Assembly: GCA_963845065.1 (NCBI GenBank)
Contig: CAWJQQ010000009.1
Coordinates: 288,001 to 352,000 of the forward strand
Length of the DNA stretch: 64,000 bases
Origin: Nitrospirota bacterium
GTDB taxonomy: Bacteria; Nitrospirota; UBA9217
Direction: 5' to 3'
Position 1 is the stretch's first letter. Each line of letters starts with the position of its first letter. The notes below the pieces were generated by a model. That model made no database searches, was not told where the DNA came from, and worked only from the letters and a program-made list of their open reading frames with translations. This document shows, piece by piece, positions 50,640 through 61,913 of the stretch. A program made the translations under genes and the position numbers.

Positions 50640-51479
50640 ATGAAGATCACGTGCTGGGGGGCAAGAGGTTCCATCGCGGTATCCGGCAAAGAATACGTGA
50701 AGTACGGCGGAGATACAACATGCATCGAGATCAGAAGCAAGGACGGTGATGTCATCATCATCGACGCTGGCACCGGCATAAGAAAACTAGGGAACAGTCT
50801 GCTTTCCTCGGACAAGCGCACCTACAGTATGCTCTTCACACATGCCCACTGGGACCACCTGATTGGGTTTCCTTTTTTTAAGCCAATCTACATGAAAGGA
50901 ACGAAAATCAGCCTCTATGGTTGTCCCTATACACAGAAATCTGTTGGAGACATTCTTTCAAAATCCATGATGGCCCCCTACTTTCCCATAGAGTTTGGTC
51001 AGCTGCAGGCCCAAATGGAGTCTCACTCAGTATGCGAAGAAACATTTAATATCGGGCCTATCGAGATCACGCCAATCCAACTGAGTCATCCAAACCGGGG
51101 GATCGGATACAAGTTTATCGAGGACGAAAAGAGCTTTGTTTTTCTTACCGACAATGAACTTTCTCATCGACATCCCGGCGGCGGCCTATTCGATGACTAC
51201 CTCCATTTTGCCGTAGATGCAGATCTTCTTGTCCATGATGCTGAATATACTGAGGACCAGTATAAGATCACAAAAGGTTGGGGGCATTCCCTGTATACCG
51301 ATGCTCTCCATCTTGCCATGGAAGCGAATGTAAAGCAGTTCGGACTTTTTCATCACAATCAAGACAGGTCAGACGCAGCACTAGACCATATCGTAGACGA
51401 TTGCAGCAGAATTGTTCAAAAGGGAAAATCGGGGCTCCAATGCTTTGCTTCCTACGCAGGGTTGGAAATAGACTTATGA
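50640..51479 (+). CDS. MBL-fold metallo-hydrolase
   Basis: WGARGS, YGG.T.C, DAGTG, THAHWDH, TDNE, GWGHS, FHH. Confidence 0.92.
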   Translation: MKITCWGARGSIAVSGKEYVKYGGDTTCIEIRSKDGDVIIIDAGTGIRKLGNSLLSSDKRTYSMLFTHAHWDHLIGFPFFKPIYMKGTKISLYGCPYTQKSVGDILSKSMMAPYFPIEFGQLQAQMESHSVCEETFNIGPIEITPIQLSHPNRGIGYKFIEDEKSFVFLTDNELSHRHPGGGLFDDYLHFAVDADLLVHDAEYTEDQYKITKGWGHSLYTDALHLAMEANVKQFGLFHHNQDRSDAALDHIVDDCSRIVQKGKSGLQCFASYAGLEIDL

Positions 51480-52312
51480 TAAAGGGTTGCTGATGAGTGA
51501 ATCCGTTGGTTTGATGATTAATATTATAAAATCAATGGATTGAACATGACTTTCATTGCCATTTATGTATCTTTGGCGGGGCTTTGTCACGAAATTGCCA
51601 GATCTCCTGCTTTCTGATCATCATTTGACAACAATACTGCTTTCATCAGGAAGTCAACATCCAATGAGTCATTGAGATCCTTACCGGCCTGAAGGCCGAG
51701 GATTTCCGACTCAGGCACGCAGAAAGATAAAGCATGCACTTCTGGCTGCCGTTAGTTGTGAACATACGTTTTCTGGCTTGGGAAAAATCATTATGCAGTT
51801 TGACGTAAAAGCCACTCCAGACATTCACCTTCCATGACATCACCCCGCAGATTCCGTGTTGTCGTAAATGTGCCTGATCTCGTTCTTTCACAGTCCACGA
51901 AGCCAATGACACGGTCATCATTGAGAATTTCGAAATTCTGCCTCCATACTCCGGATTGAACGATCTGGCATAAACCCTGTACCTTTAGCATATTCAGCCT
52001 CCCGTTAGCATTCCTATCGGCATTTTGAAAAATTTCTTTACACCAATCGAATATTGTTGATCTGGAAGTCATCGTTGTTTGGATCTACGATGAGTGGCAG
52101 GTACCAACATTCAGCGGGGAAAATGGAATCGAATCCGTAATGGGACTCCAGATCTACCTGAAAATCTTCCGAATTAATTATTACTTGACAATGGTATCAA
52201 TGGGCAGACGAAATTCGTTTTTTGATCTCGCGGTACAGAGTTGAGGATGTCTACCAATACCGGTTGCGCGGTTCCGATAGTCACACCGGAACGAAGGAGT
52301 ATGGATGTGAGA

Positions 52313-53782
52313 TCAAACACTGGCATTTTTAATGGAAGACTTAATCTTGTCTGAACGCGGGTCCAATTTGAGAGCTTTCTGGTAAACTGCTAATGCTTTC
52401 GATTTCAGGCCGTTCTTAATGTAGAAATTGCCCAGCTCAAGTAAATATTCTACGTTTGTCGAGTCCAGCTTTGTTGCTTTAATAAAGAAATCTTCTGCTT
52501 CGTGGCCTCTTCTCGGTATACGCGAAAGCACAAGGCCAAGATGAAAATTGAATTCAGCATTTTCCGGTTCGAGACGCACAGCCCACCTGAAAGGCTCTTC
52601 CGCTCCCCAGAAGTCCTGAGCTTTGTATCGCTTTTTCGCTTCGCGGAACCAGACCTCGGCATTTTTCTTCGCATTCGGCTTCGCCTCTTGTGCGGCCGTT
52701 GAAGCCGCCGCTCTTCTTTCCTGGTTGGTGAGAAATTCGTCATATTGGTCACGCTTTGACTGTTCGCTGAGAATCTCGTAGGCATCGTGGATACTGGAGA
52801 AGAGAACCTCGAGTTTTTCCTTCATGTCGCTCATTTCGAGATCAAAGTGCCGGTCCGGATGGTATAGCTTCGCGTGTTGAAAATACCCTCTCTTGATATC
52901 CTGGACTGAAGCGTTTCTGGCCACGTTGAGCTTCTCGTAATGGTTTTTTCCATTAATACTGTCGTACGCGGATTGTAACATTTTTTTCATTTCCGCAGGA
53001 GCTAATTCAGGCTCAGCAGCGGATCTTTTTTCACGGACTACTTCACTCACGAATTGTTTGTCAACCTCAGCCTTGATCTCTCCTTTTTCCACCATTCGTA
53101 GCGCCAAGAGCACATAAATCGCCTTGAGCGTGTTGAAGTCTCCAATTCCGCTCAGACCGCACAAGGTCTGTATGCTTTTGGTCCCGTCGATAATCGAGAA
53201 CACCTCGCGTTCGCTTTGTTCGAGGTGGGCATTCTGGAAGAGGATCGAAGGGTCCGACGCTGGGCGAATGATCGTGGTGATTGGTGGGAGCGATTTACGA
53301 ACGACCTTCCAATCGAGATTGCTTACTCCCTCGATGATCAGGTCCCCAGTACTGATATGGAGTGGAATGATTTCCGCGACATCTAGGGCACCGTTGTTGA
53401 ACTGGTAATGGCCGTCACGCCAGCCGAACAATTTCAGGATGATTTCCTTGATTTGAAGTTTCACCAGAACAACAAGTTCGTGCGACGTGAGGAGGCCTGC
53501 TTCGAACAAGACGGCGCCCAACTTCTTTCCTGTTTTGGTGACGACTCCCAATGCTTGGTCAAACTGCGCTTTAGTAATTTTCTCTTTGCGCATCAGGAAC
53601 TCACCCAGTTTGTCTTCATCCAGATTTGATGACGCAAAGAGAATATCTCCATCTTTGAAATATACTTTTTTGACCTCGTTTTCGCGAGTAAATATCGCCG
53701 TACCCGTTGTCTTTTCCGTCCGAATATCCTGAAAAAGCCAGGGGAGAGTCATGTCCGTAATATCACTGGCTGCGGGGATCAT
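52313..53782 (-). CDS. DUF4388-like plus DnaJ plus TPR protein
   Basis: N-terminal TG...K.VYF.DG.I.FASS..LGE.L; J-domain HYE.L..YHPD; C-terminal TPRs. Confidence 0.85.
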   Translation of the reverse strand: MIPAASDITDMTLPWLFQDIRTEKTTGTAIFTRENEVKKVYFKDGDILFASSNLDEDKLGEFLMRKEKITKAQFDQALGVVTKTGKKLGAVLFEAGLLTSHELVVLVKLQIKEIILKLFGWRDGHYQFNNGALDVAEIIPLHISTGDLIIEGVSNLDWKVVRKSLPPITTIIRPASDPSILFQNAHLEQSEREVFSIIDGTKSIQTLCGLSGIGDFNTLKAIYVLLALRMVEKGEIKAEVDKQFVSEVVREKRSAAEPELAPAEMKKMLQSAYDSINGKNHYEKLNVARNASVQDIKRGYFQHAKLYHPDRHFDLEMSDMKEKLEVLFSSIHDAYEILSEQSKRDQYDEFLTNQERRAAASTAAQEAKPNAKKNAEVWFREAKKRYKAQDFWGAEEPFRWAVRLEPENAEFNFHLGLVLSRIPRRGHEAEDFFIKATKLDSTNVEYLLELGNFYIKNGLKSKALAVYQKALKLDPRSDKIKSSIKNASV

Positions 53783-54004
53783 TCTACACCTCGGATGGAC
53801 TTAATAAGCCTCATGGAAAGATCAATTATAACATTTTTTATTTATTTTGTGCATTATTTTGCATTTTCTCCTAAATGACAAAAAACATGAACTATGGTCT
53901 TGCAGGGTTGACTAACCCCTCTGTTCTCATTATAATAACCACGTACCTTTCCGAAAAAATCGTTTAATCACACTAACAATAAAATTACTTATAAGGACAA
54001 ACGA

Positions 54005-57000
54005 ATGCGTGAAGATATTTTCTTGGGTATTGATATTGGTTCGGTCGCGGTCAAGACCGCGGTTATTAGCAAGAGCGGAAAACTTCTTTCCGAAAATTAT
54101 GTCAGGATCAAGGGAGACCCGCAAAGCACGCTTCTCGATGACCTTCTTGCGATCGCGTCAACATATTCTGGTCACAAGGTCATCTCGGCAGGCATTACCG
54201 GCAGCGGTGGCAAACAAGTAGCCGAGGTCATCGGCGCGGTGTTCATCAATGAGATACTCGCACAGGCGTCTTTTGCCGGCCGCTTTTATCCAGAGGCACG
54301 GACACTCATCGAACTGGGAGGGGAAGATGCTAAGCTCATTAACCTCATCCGGGACGAAACAGCAGGCGTAAAGATCGAGGACTTTTCCATGAACACGGCC
54401 TGCGCCGCAGGCACCGGGTCGTTTCTGGACCAACAGGCTTCTCGCCTCCATCTGACGATCGAAGAGTTCGGCAAAATCGCCCTCAAATCAAAAACTCCCC
54501 CTCGCGTTGCAGGCAGGTGCAGCGTTTTCGCGAAGAGCGACATGATACACTTGCAGCAGATCGCGACCCCTAATTACGACATTGTTGCCGGCCTGTGCTA
54601 TGCCATGGCCCGCAACTTCAAGGCAACGGTCGGAAAGGGTAAGAAGGTCTTTTCACCGGTCCTGTTTCTCGGCGGCGTCGCGGCGAACCCCGGGATGCGC
54701 AGGGCATTCCGTGACGTGCTCAAGTTGTCGGAACGGGAGATGACGGTGCCGGATCATTTCAAAACCTCCGGTGCCATCGGCGCCGCGCTTATGGTTCTGC
54801 AGCAACCTGTGGCGGTTGTTGAGTACCGAGGAGTTGATGCCCTCGCGCGCTTTCTCTCAGCAGACAGCAAACATACCTCGGACGGAATGAGCCCGCTTTC
54901 GAAGCCGGATGGCATCATGCCGAACCCTGATCAAGACACAGTGCTGCAGAGCGGCGTGATGATCGATGCATATCTGGGTGTCGATGTCGGATCAGTCTCA
55001 ACCAATGTCGTCGTGATCGATAAGAACATGCGCGTCCTGTCGAAGCGCTACTTGCCTACGGCAGGAAGGCCGATCGAAGCAGTTAAGCAGGGTTTGGCCG
55101 AAGTGGGAGAAGAGATCGGCGGACGAGTGAAAATCCTCGGCGCCGGCACGACGGGTTCCGGCAGATATCTCACCGGCGACATGATCGGCGCAGATGTGGT
55201 AAGAAACGAGATCACGGCCCAGGCCACCGCCGCTGCAGCAATTGACCAAACCGTGGACACAATTTTTGAAATCGGCGGCCAAGATTCAAAGTACATCTGC
55301 CTGCGTGACGGCGCCGTGGTGGATTTCGAAATGAACAAGGCATGCGCTGCGGGGACAGGTTCGTTCCTTGAAGAGCAGGCGGAGCGGCTCGGCATCCGGA
55401 TCAAACAGGAGTTCGAAGGCAAGGCCTTTTGCTCGGAATCGCCCTGCAAGTTTGGCGAGCGCTGCACCGTGTTCATGGAGTCCGATCTTGTCCACTCCAT
55501 GAACACCGGCTTCGGCGTGGAAGAACTTACAGCTGGGCTTTCATACTCGATCGCCTATAATTATCTGAACAAGGTCGTGGCAGGCAAGCCGGTGGGCAAT
55601 CGGATATTCTTCCAGGGCGGCGTGGCAGCGAACATGGCAGTGGTATCTGCTTTCGAGAAGATTACTGGTAAACACATCACCGTACCGCCGCACCATGAAG
55701 TGACAGGTGCGATCGGCGCAGCCATTCTCGCAATGCGCGGAAGCAGGGGTACAAGCAGTTTCAAGGGTTTTGACCTGAGCAAGCGCGAATACACCATTGC
55801 GACGTTCGAGTGCGCCGAATGCGCGAACCGCTGCGACATCCGCAAGGTGATCTTCGGCAGCGAGAAGCCGCTCTTCTACGGCAGCCGGTGCGAGAAGTAT
55901 GATGTCAAGAGGAAGAGTTCCACTGCTGACACGCTTCCTGATCTTTTTGCGGAGCGCGAAAAAATACAGGAGTCCGCTGTCGCCTCTGCCCTCACAGATG
56001 AAAAGGCACCATCCATAGGCATCCCGCGGATGCTGTACGTAAACGATTACCTTCCGTACTGGCAAACATTTTTTAACCATCTCGGCTTCCGTGTCGTACT
56101 GTCTGAACGGACGAACCGGGTCTTGGTAAACAAAGCGCTCGAGGTAACCGTTGCGGAGACTTGTTTCCCCGCTAAAGTAGGGCTGGGGCATATCCTGGAC
56201 CTTTTGGATAAAAAGGTAGATATGCTTTTTCTTCCGAGCTTCATCAGCTTCCCTGATACCCACAATCAAGCCAACAACGTGCAGGCATGTCCCTATGCCC
56301 AGGCCTTTCCCTATATTTCAAAAGCATCGATTCGGTTTGGAGAGACAAAGACAATTGAGCCGATTCTGTTTCTTCACGATGAGCGCCAGTTCAGTAAAAG
56401 TATGCGGTCCATTGGAAAGATGCTGGGGAAAGGCAGGACAGCAGTGGCGCGCGCGCAGCGAGTCGCCTGGGAGGCGCAGAAGAGCTTCAACAATGCCGTA
56501 GAAGTGCGCGGCAGCAGCGTACTGTCACAGATTAACGCAAACGAAAAGGCATTCATCCTCATCGGCCGCAACTACAACACTTGTGATTCCGGCGTGAACA
56601 TGAACCTGCCATCCAAGATACGGGATCTCGGCGTACAGGCGATTCCCATGGACTATCTTCCACTCCATACGGTGGATCTGTCGGGCGAGGAAGGGATGTA
56701 CTGGCGGTCAGGCCAAAAGATCATCGCGGCGGCTCGATTTATTCGAGAACACCCGAACCTTTTCCCGATCTATATAACAAACTTCGGATGCGGGCCCGAT
56801 TCGTTTATTACCCATTTTTTCAGGCGTGAAATGGCAGGCAAACCTTATCTCCAGCTCGAAATCGATGAACATAGCGCAGACGCCGGGGCCATCACTCGGA
56901 TCGAGGCCTTTCTGGATAGCCTGAGTAGTGCGACGATTAAGAAACGGACCGGTTCTTTTTCCGTTTTGCACAAAAGCGCAGGGAATGGCTCCCTCCATGA

Positions 57001-58177
57001 TAAGAAGGTTTACCTGCCGCCCATGACCGACCATGCCCACGCTCTCGCAGCAGCGTTCAGGTCCTGCGGTGTCCAGGCGGAAGTATTGCCCGAGTCTGAC
57101 GCAGAGACCGTCAGGATCGGCAGAGAGCATAGCTCAGGCCGCGAGTGTTATCCGTTGGCACTCACCACTGGTGATATGATTAAAGCGACGCAGCGTCCGG
57201 GTTTTGATCCGGACAAGAGCGCCTTTTTTATGCCAACTGGCAGGGGACCCTGCAGGTTCGGCCAGTACAACCGCTACCATCGGCAAGTGCTTGACAAGCT
57301 CGGACTCGAGCGAGTGGATATCTTGTCCCCTATGCAAGATGAGTCGCTTCATGACGATGTGAGGGTTTTAGACAAAAATTTTGTGCTCATGAGCTGGCGA
57401 GGTGTCTTCGCAGTCGATATGCTTCAGAAGGCTCATTGGGAGACTCGTCCCTATGAAAAACAGAAAGGGCAATCGGACCGGGTGTATCAGGATACATTGG
57501 GACGCTTGATCGCCGCCATCGAAAAGAGGGAAGACCTCCTGCCGGTGATGCGACAGGCTTACAAAGACTTTATCGCTATCAAGATTAACAAACGGACAAA
57601 GCCCGTGATCGGCGTGGTCGGCGAAATTTATATCCGCTCAAACCGGTTCAGCAACGAGGACGTAGTGGGACAGATCGAAAAGCTCGGAGGAGAAGCATGG
57701 GTCGCGCCAATTTCCGAATGGCTCTTGTATGTCAACACTACGTCAAAGGTGTCGGCCCTGATGAACCGCTCCTGGAGAGAATTGCTGAAAGCATACATCA
57801 CAGGACACTTCCAGCATAAGGAGGAACAGCGGTTCCTGAGTACTTTTAACGGAAATCTTCGGAGCCTGCATGAACCGAGCATTGTCCAGACCTTACGGAC
57901 AGCCCTGCCGTACATTCATCACTCCTTTGAGGGTGAAGCGGTGCTGTCCGTCGGCAAGGCAATCGACTATATTAATCGCGGAGCATCGGGAATCGTGAAT
58001 GTCATGCCCTTCACCTGCATGCCCGGCACCATCGCGACCGCGGTGCTCAAGCGCGTACGAGACGATCATAACAGCGTTCCGCTCCTGAACATAGCCTATG
58101 AAGGTCAAGGCGATTCACAGACTCTCACGCGGCTCGAGGCGTTCATGCACCAAGCAAAGGCTTACAAAAAACGATAA
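54005..58177 (+). CDS. Acyl-CoA dehydratase activase-like multidomain protein (two BadF/BcrAD ATPase domains plus DUF2229-like region)
   Basis: Two GxDxGS, GG(E/Q)DxK, N..CAAGTGSFL and RCxVF sets; FGCGPD, GPCRFGQY, MPFTCMPG. Confidence 0.9.
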   Translation: MREDIFLGIDIGSVAVKTAVISKSGKLLSENYVRIKGDPQSTLLDDLLAIASTYSGHKVISAGITGSGGKQVAEVIGAVFINEILAQASFAGRFYPEARTLIELGGEDAKLINLIRDETAGVKIEDFSMNTACAAGTGSFLDQQASRLHLTIEEFGKIALKSKTPPRVAGRCSVFAKSDMIHLQQIATPNYDIVAGLCYAMARNFKATVGKGKKVFSPVLFLGGVAANPGMRRAFRDVLKLSEREMTVPDHFKTSGAIGAALMVLQQPVAVVEYRGVDALARFLSADSKHTSDGMSPLSKPDGIMPNPDQDTVLQSGVMIDAYLGVDVGSVSTNVVVIDKNMRVLSKRYLPTAGRPIEAVKQGLAEVGEEIGGRVKILGAGTTGSGRYLTGDMIGADVVRNEITAQATAAAAIDQTVDTIFEIGGQDSKYICLRDGAVVDFEMNKACAAGTGSFLEEQAERLGIRIKQEFEGKAFCSESPCKFGERCTVFMESDLVHSMNTGFGVEELTAGLSYSIAYNYLNKVVAGKPVGNRIFFQGGVAANMAVVSAFEKITGKHITVPPHHEVTGAIGAAILAMRGSRGTSSFKGFDLSKREYTIATFECAECANRCDIRKVIFGSEKPLFYGSRCEKYDVKRKSSTADTLPDLFAEREKIQESAVASALTDEKAPSIGIPRMLYVNDYLPYWQTFFNHLGFRVVLSERTNRVLVNKALEVTVAETCFPAKVGLGHILDLLDKKVDMLFLPSFISFPDTHNQANNVQACPYAQAFPYISKASIRFGETKTIEPILFLHDERQFSKSMRSIGKMLGKGRTAVARAQRVAWEAQKSFNNAVEVRGSSVLSQINANEKAFILIGRNYNTCDSGVNMNLPSKIRDLGVQAIPMDYLPLHTVDLSGEEGMYWRSGQKIIAAARFIREHPNLFPIYITNFGCGPDSFITHFFRREMAGKPYLQLEIDEHSADAGAITRIEAFLDSLSSATIKKRTGSFSVLHKSAGNGSLHDKKVYLPPMTDHAHALAAAFRSCGVQAEVLPESDAETVRIGREHSSGRECYPLALTTGDMIKATQRPGFDPDKSAFFMPTGRGPCRFGQYNRYHRQVLDKLGLERVDILSPMQDESLHDDVRVLDKNFVLMSWRGVFAVDMLQKAHWETRPYEKQKGQSDRVYQDTLGRLIAAIEKREDLLPVMRQAYKDFIAIKINKRTKPVIGVVGEIYIRSNRFSNEDVVGQIEKLGGEAWVAPISEWLLYVNTTSKVSALMNRSWRELLKAYITGHFQHKEEQRFLSTFNGNLRSLHEPSIVQTLRTALPYIHHSFEGEAVLSVGKAIDYINRGASGIVNVMPFTCMPGTIATAVLKRVRDDHNSVPLLNIAYEGQGDSQTLTRLEAFMHQAKAYKKR

Positions 58178-58312
58178 CCTTCGTGATTCAATATCATTTA
58201 TTCGATTGCATAGTTGTGGTATGAGCTTCGTAGTTGCATTGTGTCGAAACTTTCTGCAAACCGGAGGCATCAGTAGTTGAATTACTCAAAGAGGATTATT
58301 TTTATTATCAGC

Positions 58313-58341
58313 TTGACATGGTGAGGAGAAAACGGTATTCT
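58313..58341 (+). promoter_or_regulatory. sigma70 promoter of the cold-shock gene
   Basis: TTGACA-17 nt-TATTCT. Confidence 0.6.
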
Positions 58342-58402
58342 TTACCAATCCGCGGATAATTCCCGGACAAATTTCAATTTAAGAAGCAAGAGGAGAAACA
58401 GA

Positions 58403-58603
58403 ATGGCAAATGGTGTAGTGAAGTGGTTCAATAACAGCAAGGGGTTCGGGTTTATTACTCAGGAGAACGGTGAAGATGTATTTGTGCACTTTTCGGCGAT
58501 TTCAGGGGACGGATTCAAATCCTTGAACGAAGGCGATAAAGTGACTTTCGAAGTCGTAAAGGGCCCCAAGGGACTTCAGGCTGCGAACGTAACCAAGGTC
58601 TAA
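58403..58603 (+). CDS. cspA: Cold-shock protein
   Basis: [31 protein letters not shown]. Confidence 0.96.
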   Translation: MANGVVKWFNNSKGFGFITQENGEDVFVHFSAISGDGFKSLNEGDKVTFEVVKGPKGLQAANVTKV

Positions 58604-58632
58604 TAAGCGAAAATAAAATTTATGACAATTCC

Positions 58633-58668
58633 AAAAGCCCTGGATTCATTTCCGGGGCTTTTTTTATT
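58633..58668 (+). terminator. Intrinsic terminator after csp
   Basis: AAAAGCCCTGGA-loop-TCCGGGGCTTTTTTT. Confidence 0.85.
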
Positions 58669-59101
58669 CCTGCCGCGCCCCTCCGAGGATACTTCCGGGA
58701 AGAAGCCCAAAGAATGCACATGATACCAACCCTGATCCTGCACCGACATAAGTCATTTTTTTTGAAATTCAGTATTTCATTTTCCCATCCTCCTTTTCGT
58801 CCTGTCTTGCTAGGGCAATTGCAGCTGATATGCCAAAATATAAGCGGTTGAAATTCTAGGGAACTGCCCGCTTCATTCATTTGCAGAAGTGAGGAAAGGT
58901 GGGAAGTGATTTTTAAGTTTGCAAAGAGAGAAGCTTATTACAGCTCGAAAAATGACTTAAAGAAGAGATGTGATTCTCATGATGTGAGGGAGGGGATACC
59001 TTAACGTATTGGTATTTGCGCGAGTGCCACAGGCCATCACCCGCGAACAGCATCAATGAAGCCTGGTTCGGAAATCCCGGCCTTCAAATCCGGTGAAAGT
59101 A

Positions 59102-60088
59102 TCAACGAGTGAACAGAAGGACGAATTTCTCAAATAACTCGGGATGAAAATGATTTAATAGCTTTTCTTTCATGAGATTGAGCGCATCAAAGGTATTGAG
59201 CCGTTGTTTGTAGGAGCGTTCTGCCGTGAGCGCGTCGTACACGTCTGCAATACAGCAGATACGGCCGTAGGTGTGAATTTCGTCACCCCTGAGCATGCGA
59301 GGATAGCCAGTGCCGTCCTCGCGCTCATGATGCTGCATCACGATGAACATGCACTCTTCCGTGAGCTGGTTGGTTTCCTTCAGGATCAGGTAACCCTGAT
59401 AAGGATGTGACTTCATGGTGGCCATTTCCGCGTCCGTCAGTTTCCCCGGCTTATTAATGATACTCGCGTCGATGCGGACCTTGCCGATATCATGCAGGAA
59501 AAAACCGGCGCCCAGTTCATGCATATTATGGTTATCAGACCTTTTGAATACAGCTTTTGCCAGCATGACAGAAAAAAAACCAACATTTACAGAATGAGTG
59601 TAGGTATAAAAGTCATGGGAAGTGAGCTTGAGGAGTTCTCGAGACGTGGCATCTTCTGCAAGGATCATATCGACGATCTCGGAAATGCCTTTTTTTGCTT
59701 CCCGGATATTCTCTGCCTTCGGATCTTCAAGCAGCCGTTCCACAAGGACACGAGACGACTCGTATACGATTTTTGATTTCTTTTCAGGAGGAAGCGTTTT
59801 GTCCCGGACGGCTTCTCTCAGTTGCGGAGGAATGAGCTTATCGGGCGACCAGGTCTTCGGGGGGGTGTCTGCCGGATTGACGGTACCAGCATTTTGCTGT
59901 TTAATGTCCGGTTTTCCCATATCGGTATCAATAACAAGCTCAGTGATACCATGATCGATGATATTGTCGATCTGGTCCTGGGACTTTATGATAAATTCGC
60001 TTTTTAGAAAAGGATGCTTAAACCATGATCCCGGCAGCACTACGTACATACCGCACTTGAGGTCCTGTGTTTTGATGGTAACCCGCAT
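59102..60088 (-). CDS. HD-GYP phosphodiesterase with DUF3391-like N-terminus
   Basis: L..GMYV...W.KHPF; HSVNV, HDIGK, HHEREDGTGYP, DVYDAL...R.YK. Confidence 0.92.
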   Translation of the reverse strand: MRVTIKTQDLKCGMYVVLPGSWFKHPFLKSEFIIKSQDQIDNIIDHGITELVIDTDMGKPDIKQQNAGTVNPADTPPKTWSPDKLIPPQLREAVRDKTLPPEKKSKIVYESSRVLVERLLEDPKAENIREAKKGISEIVDMILAEDATSRELLKLTSHDFYTYTHSVNVGFFSVMLAKAVFKRSDNHNMHELGAGFFLHDIGKVRIDASIINKPGKLTDAEMATMKSHPYQGYLILKETNQLTEECMFIVMQHHEREDGTGYPRMLRGDEIHTYGRICCIADVYDALTAERSYKQRLNTFDALNLMKEKLLNHFHPELFEKFVLLFTR

Positions 60089-60116
60089 ATGAAATTAATT
60101 ATAACATACCAGCATT

Positions 60117-60152
60117 AAATAAAACATGGCACCTTTAGGAAAGGTGCCATGT
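60117..60152 (-). terminator. Intrinsic terminator after the DEAD-box gene
   Basis: CATGGCACCTTT-loop-AAAGGTGCCATG with a T run on the minus strand. Confidence 0.75.
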
Positions 60153-60177
60153 GAAAAAAGTTTTGAGATTGCTTGGG

Positions 60178-61569
60178 TTATGCCCACCTGTTTTGGCGGC
60201 TTTGTTTTGTTGGGCGGAAGTCAGATTTTTTTCCGCCATCTTTCTTCGCGTACCGCCTGGTGTCTTGAGAGTAACGGTCATCGGCATTCGCCTTGCGATT
60301 TGACTGCACTCCGTAGGGAGCCCGGGCGTAATCGTTCTGCCCGTACTTTCTGCCTGAGTAACCGGGTTTTTTCCACGATGACGTACCCGGCCTGCTGCTC
60401 CCTCCGCTGCTCGTGCGTCGGAGCGGACGAGCAGGTTCCAGTCCTGGAATAACCTGCTGGGGGATCGTCTGGCCGATGTAGCGTTCGATCGAGCGCAGCG
60501 AATCAACTTCTTTCCCGGAGGCAAAGGAGATGGCGATGCCCGAGGCGCCTGCACGGCCCGTACGGCCGATGCGATGAATGTAATCTTCGGCGTTTTTCGG
60601 GAGGTCGTAATTGATCACATGGGTAATGCCGGTTACATCGAGTCCGCGGGCAGCGACGTCTGTTGCTACGAGAAGGCGAATCTTGCCACGTCTCATATTC
60701 ATGATCGTGCGGTTCCGCGCGCCTTGGCTCATGTCTCCATGGAGTGCCGCAGCTGAATGGCCCTGGGCTGAAAGCTCGAGGGCAAGCTGATCGGCGTTCC
60801 TTTTTGTTCCTGAAAAGATGATCGCCCTCGTCATGGCGCTGTCCGAGATCAAATGTTTGAGCATGCGGCTCTTATGTTGCATGTCATCGGCGGCATGAAG
60901 CCGCTGCTCGATTGCTTCGAGCGTGGTTTTCTTTCCTGCTATTTCAATGCGCACCGGTTCTTTCAAAAGGCGTTGAGCGAGCTTCGCCATGGTGTTATCC
61001 ATGGTTGCCGTGAACATGAGCGTTTGACGGTTCGCTGGGGTGGCTCCCGCAATGGTATCTACTGCGTCACTGAATCCCATATCAAGCATGCGATCTGCTT
61101 CATCGAGAATGAGCAATTCTAGCCGGGAAAAGTCTATGCGTCCCCGTTCCATATGGTCGATCAGCCGCCCTGGAGTGGCCACGATCAGGTCTACAGGTTG
61201 CGACAGGAGCCGCTGCTGTTCGAAGTAAGGCATGCCGCCGAGGATTGCGCCGCTCCTGATCCGCATGAATTTCCCGTACGTTTTGACTGCCTCGGTTACC
61301 TGGTTCGCCAGCTCACGTGTTGGTGTGAGCACCAGCACACGCGGCCCTCTTGATTTTTTCAATGATGCCGACGGCACGCTCAAACGCATAAGCGCGGGCA
61401 TCACGAAGGCAGCGGTCTTGCCGGTGCCGGTCTGGGCAGTGGCGATCAAGTCGTGACCCGCGATTGCCTGGGGGATCGCCTCGGCTTGGATCGGCGTTGG
61501 CGTGGTATACCCGCACAGTTTGATTGCTTTGAGAATCGGTTCGTTAAGCTGTAATTTTGAAAAAGACAT
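60178..61569 (-). CDS. DEAD-box RNA helicase (RhlE-like)
   Basis: PTPIQ, AQTGTGKT, PTRELA, TPGR, DEAD, HRIGRTGR; RBS AAGGAG before ATG 61569. Confidence 0.95.
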   Translation of the reverse strand: MSFSKLQLNEPILKAIKLCGYTTPTPIQAEAIPQAIAGHDLIATAQTGTGKTAAFVMPALMRLSVPSASLKKSRGPRVLVLTPTRELANQVTEAVKTYGKFMRIRSGAILGGMPYFEQQRLLSQPVDLIVATPGRLIDHMERGRIDFSRLELLILDEADRMLDMGFSDAVDTIAGATPANRQTLMFTATMDNTMAKLAQRLLKEPVRIEIAGKKTTLEAIEQRLHAADDMQHKSRMLKHLISDSAMTRAIIFSGTKRNADQLALELSAQGHSAAALHGDMSQGARNRTIMNMRRGKIRLLVATDVAARGLDVTGITHVINYDLPKNAEDYIHRIGRTGRAGASGIAISFASGKEVDSLRSIERYIGQTIPQQVIPGLEPARPLRRTSSGGSSRPGTSSWKKPGYSGRKYGQNDYARAPYGVQSNRKANADDRYSQDTRRYAKKDGGKKSDFRPTKQSRQNRWA

Positions 61570-61913
61570 GATACTCCTTTGATCCCGTACGCCGGAATAT
61601 GAAATCATTCCCGAGGCAGAAATCCCGTTAGAGGTTTGCGTGCGGGCCGCAAGGACACACATGTATCCCTGAGAACGGAGACGACACCAGCACAAATATG
61701 ACCGGCATAACTACATCGTTCGCCAACCATATATGCTGCTGCGATTTCAGAGTGGGAGCTGAAAGCAAAGGGGGTTGATGATCGATGATATGAAGGGCAG
61801 AGAGATTGTGACGTGTACTTGTTTTTCAGTCGAATCCTGCCGCATTGTTAAACAGTCGCCTTCTATATTACAGGCTTTTTTGTAAATAGCAAGCTTTATT
61901 AAATAATAAAGCA

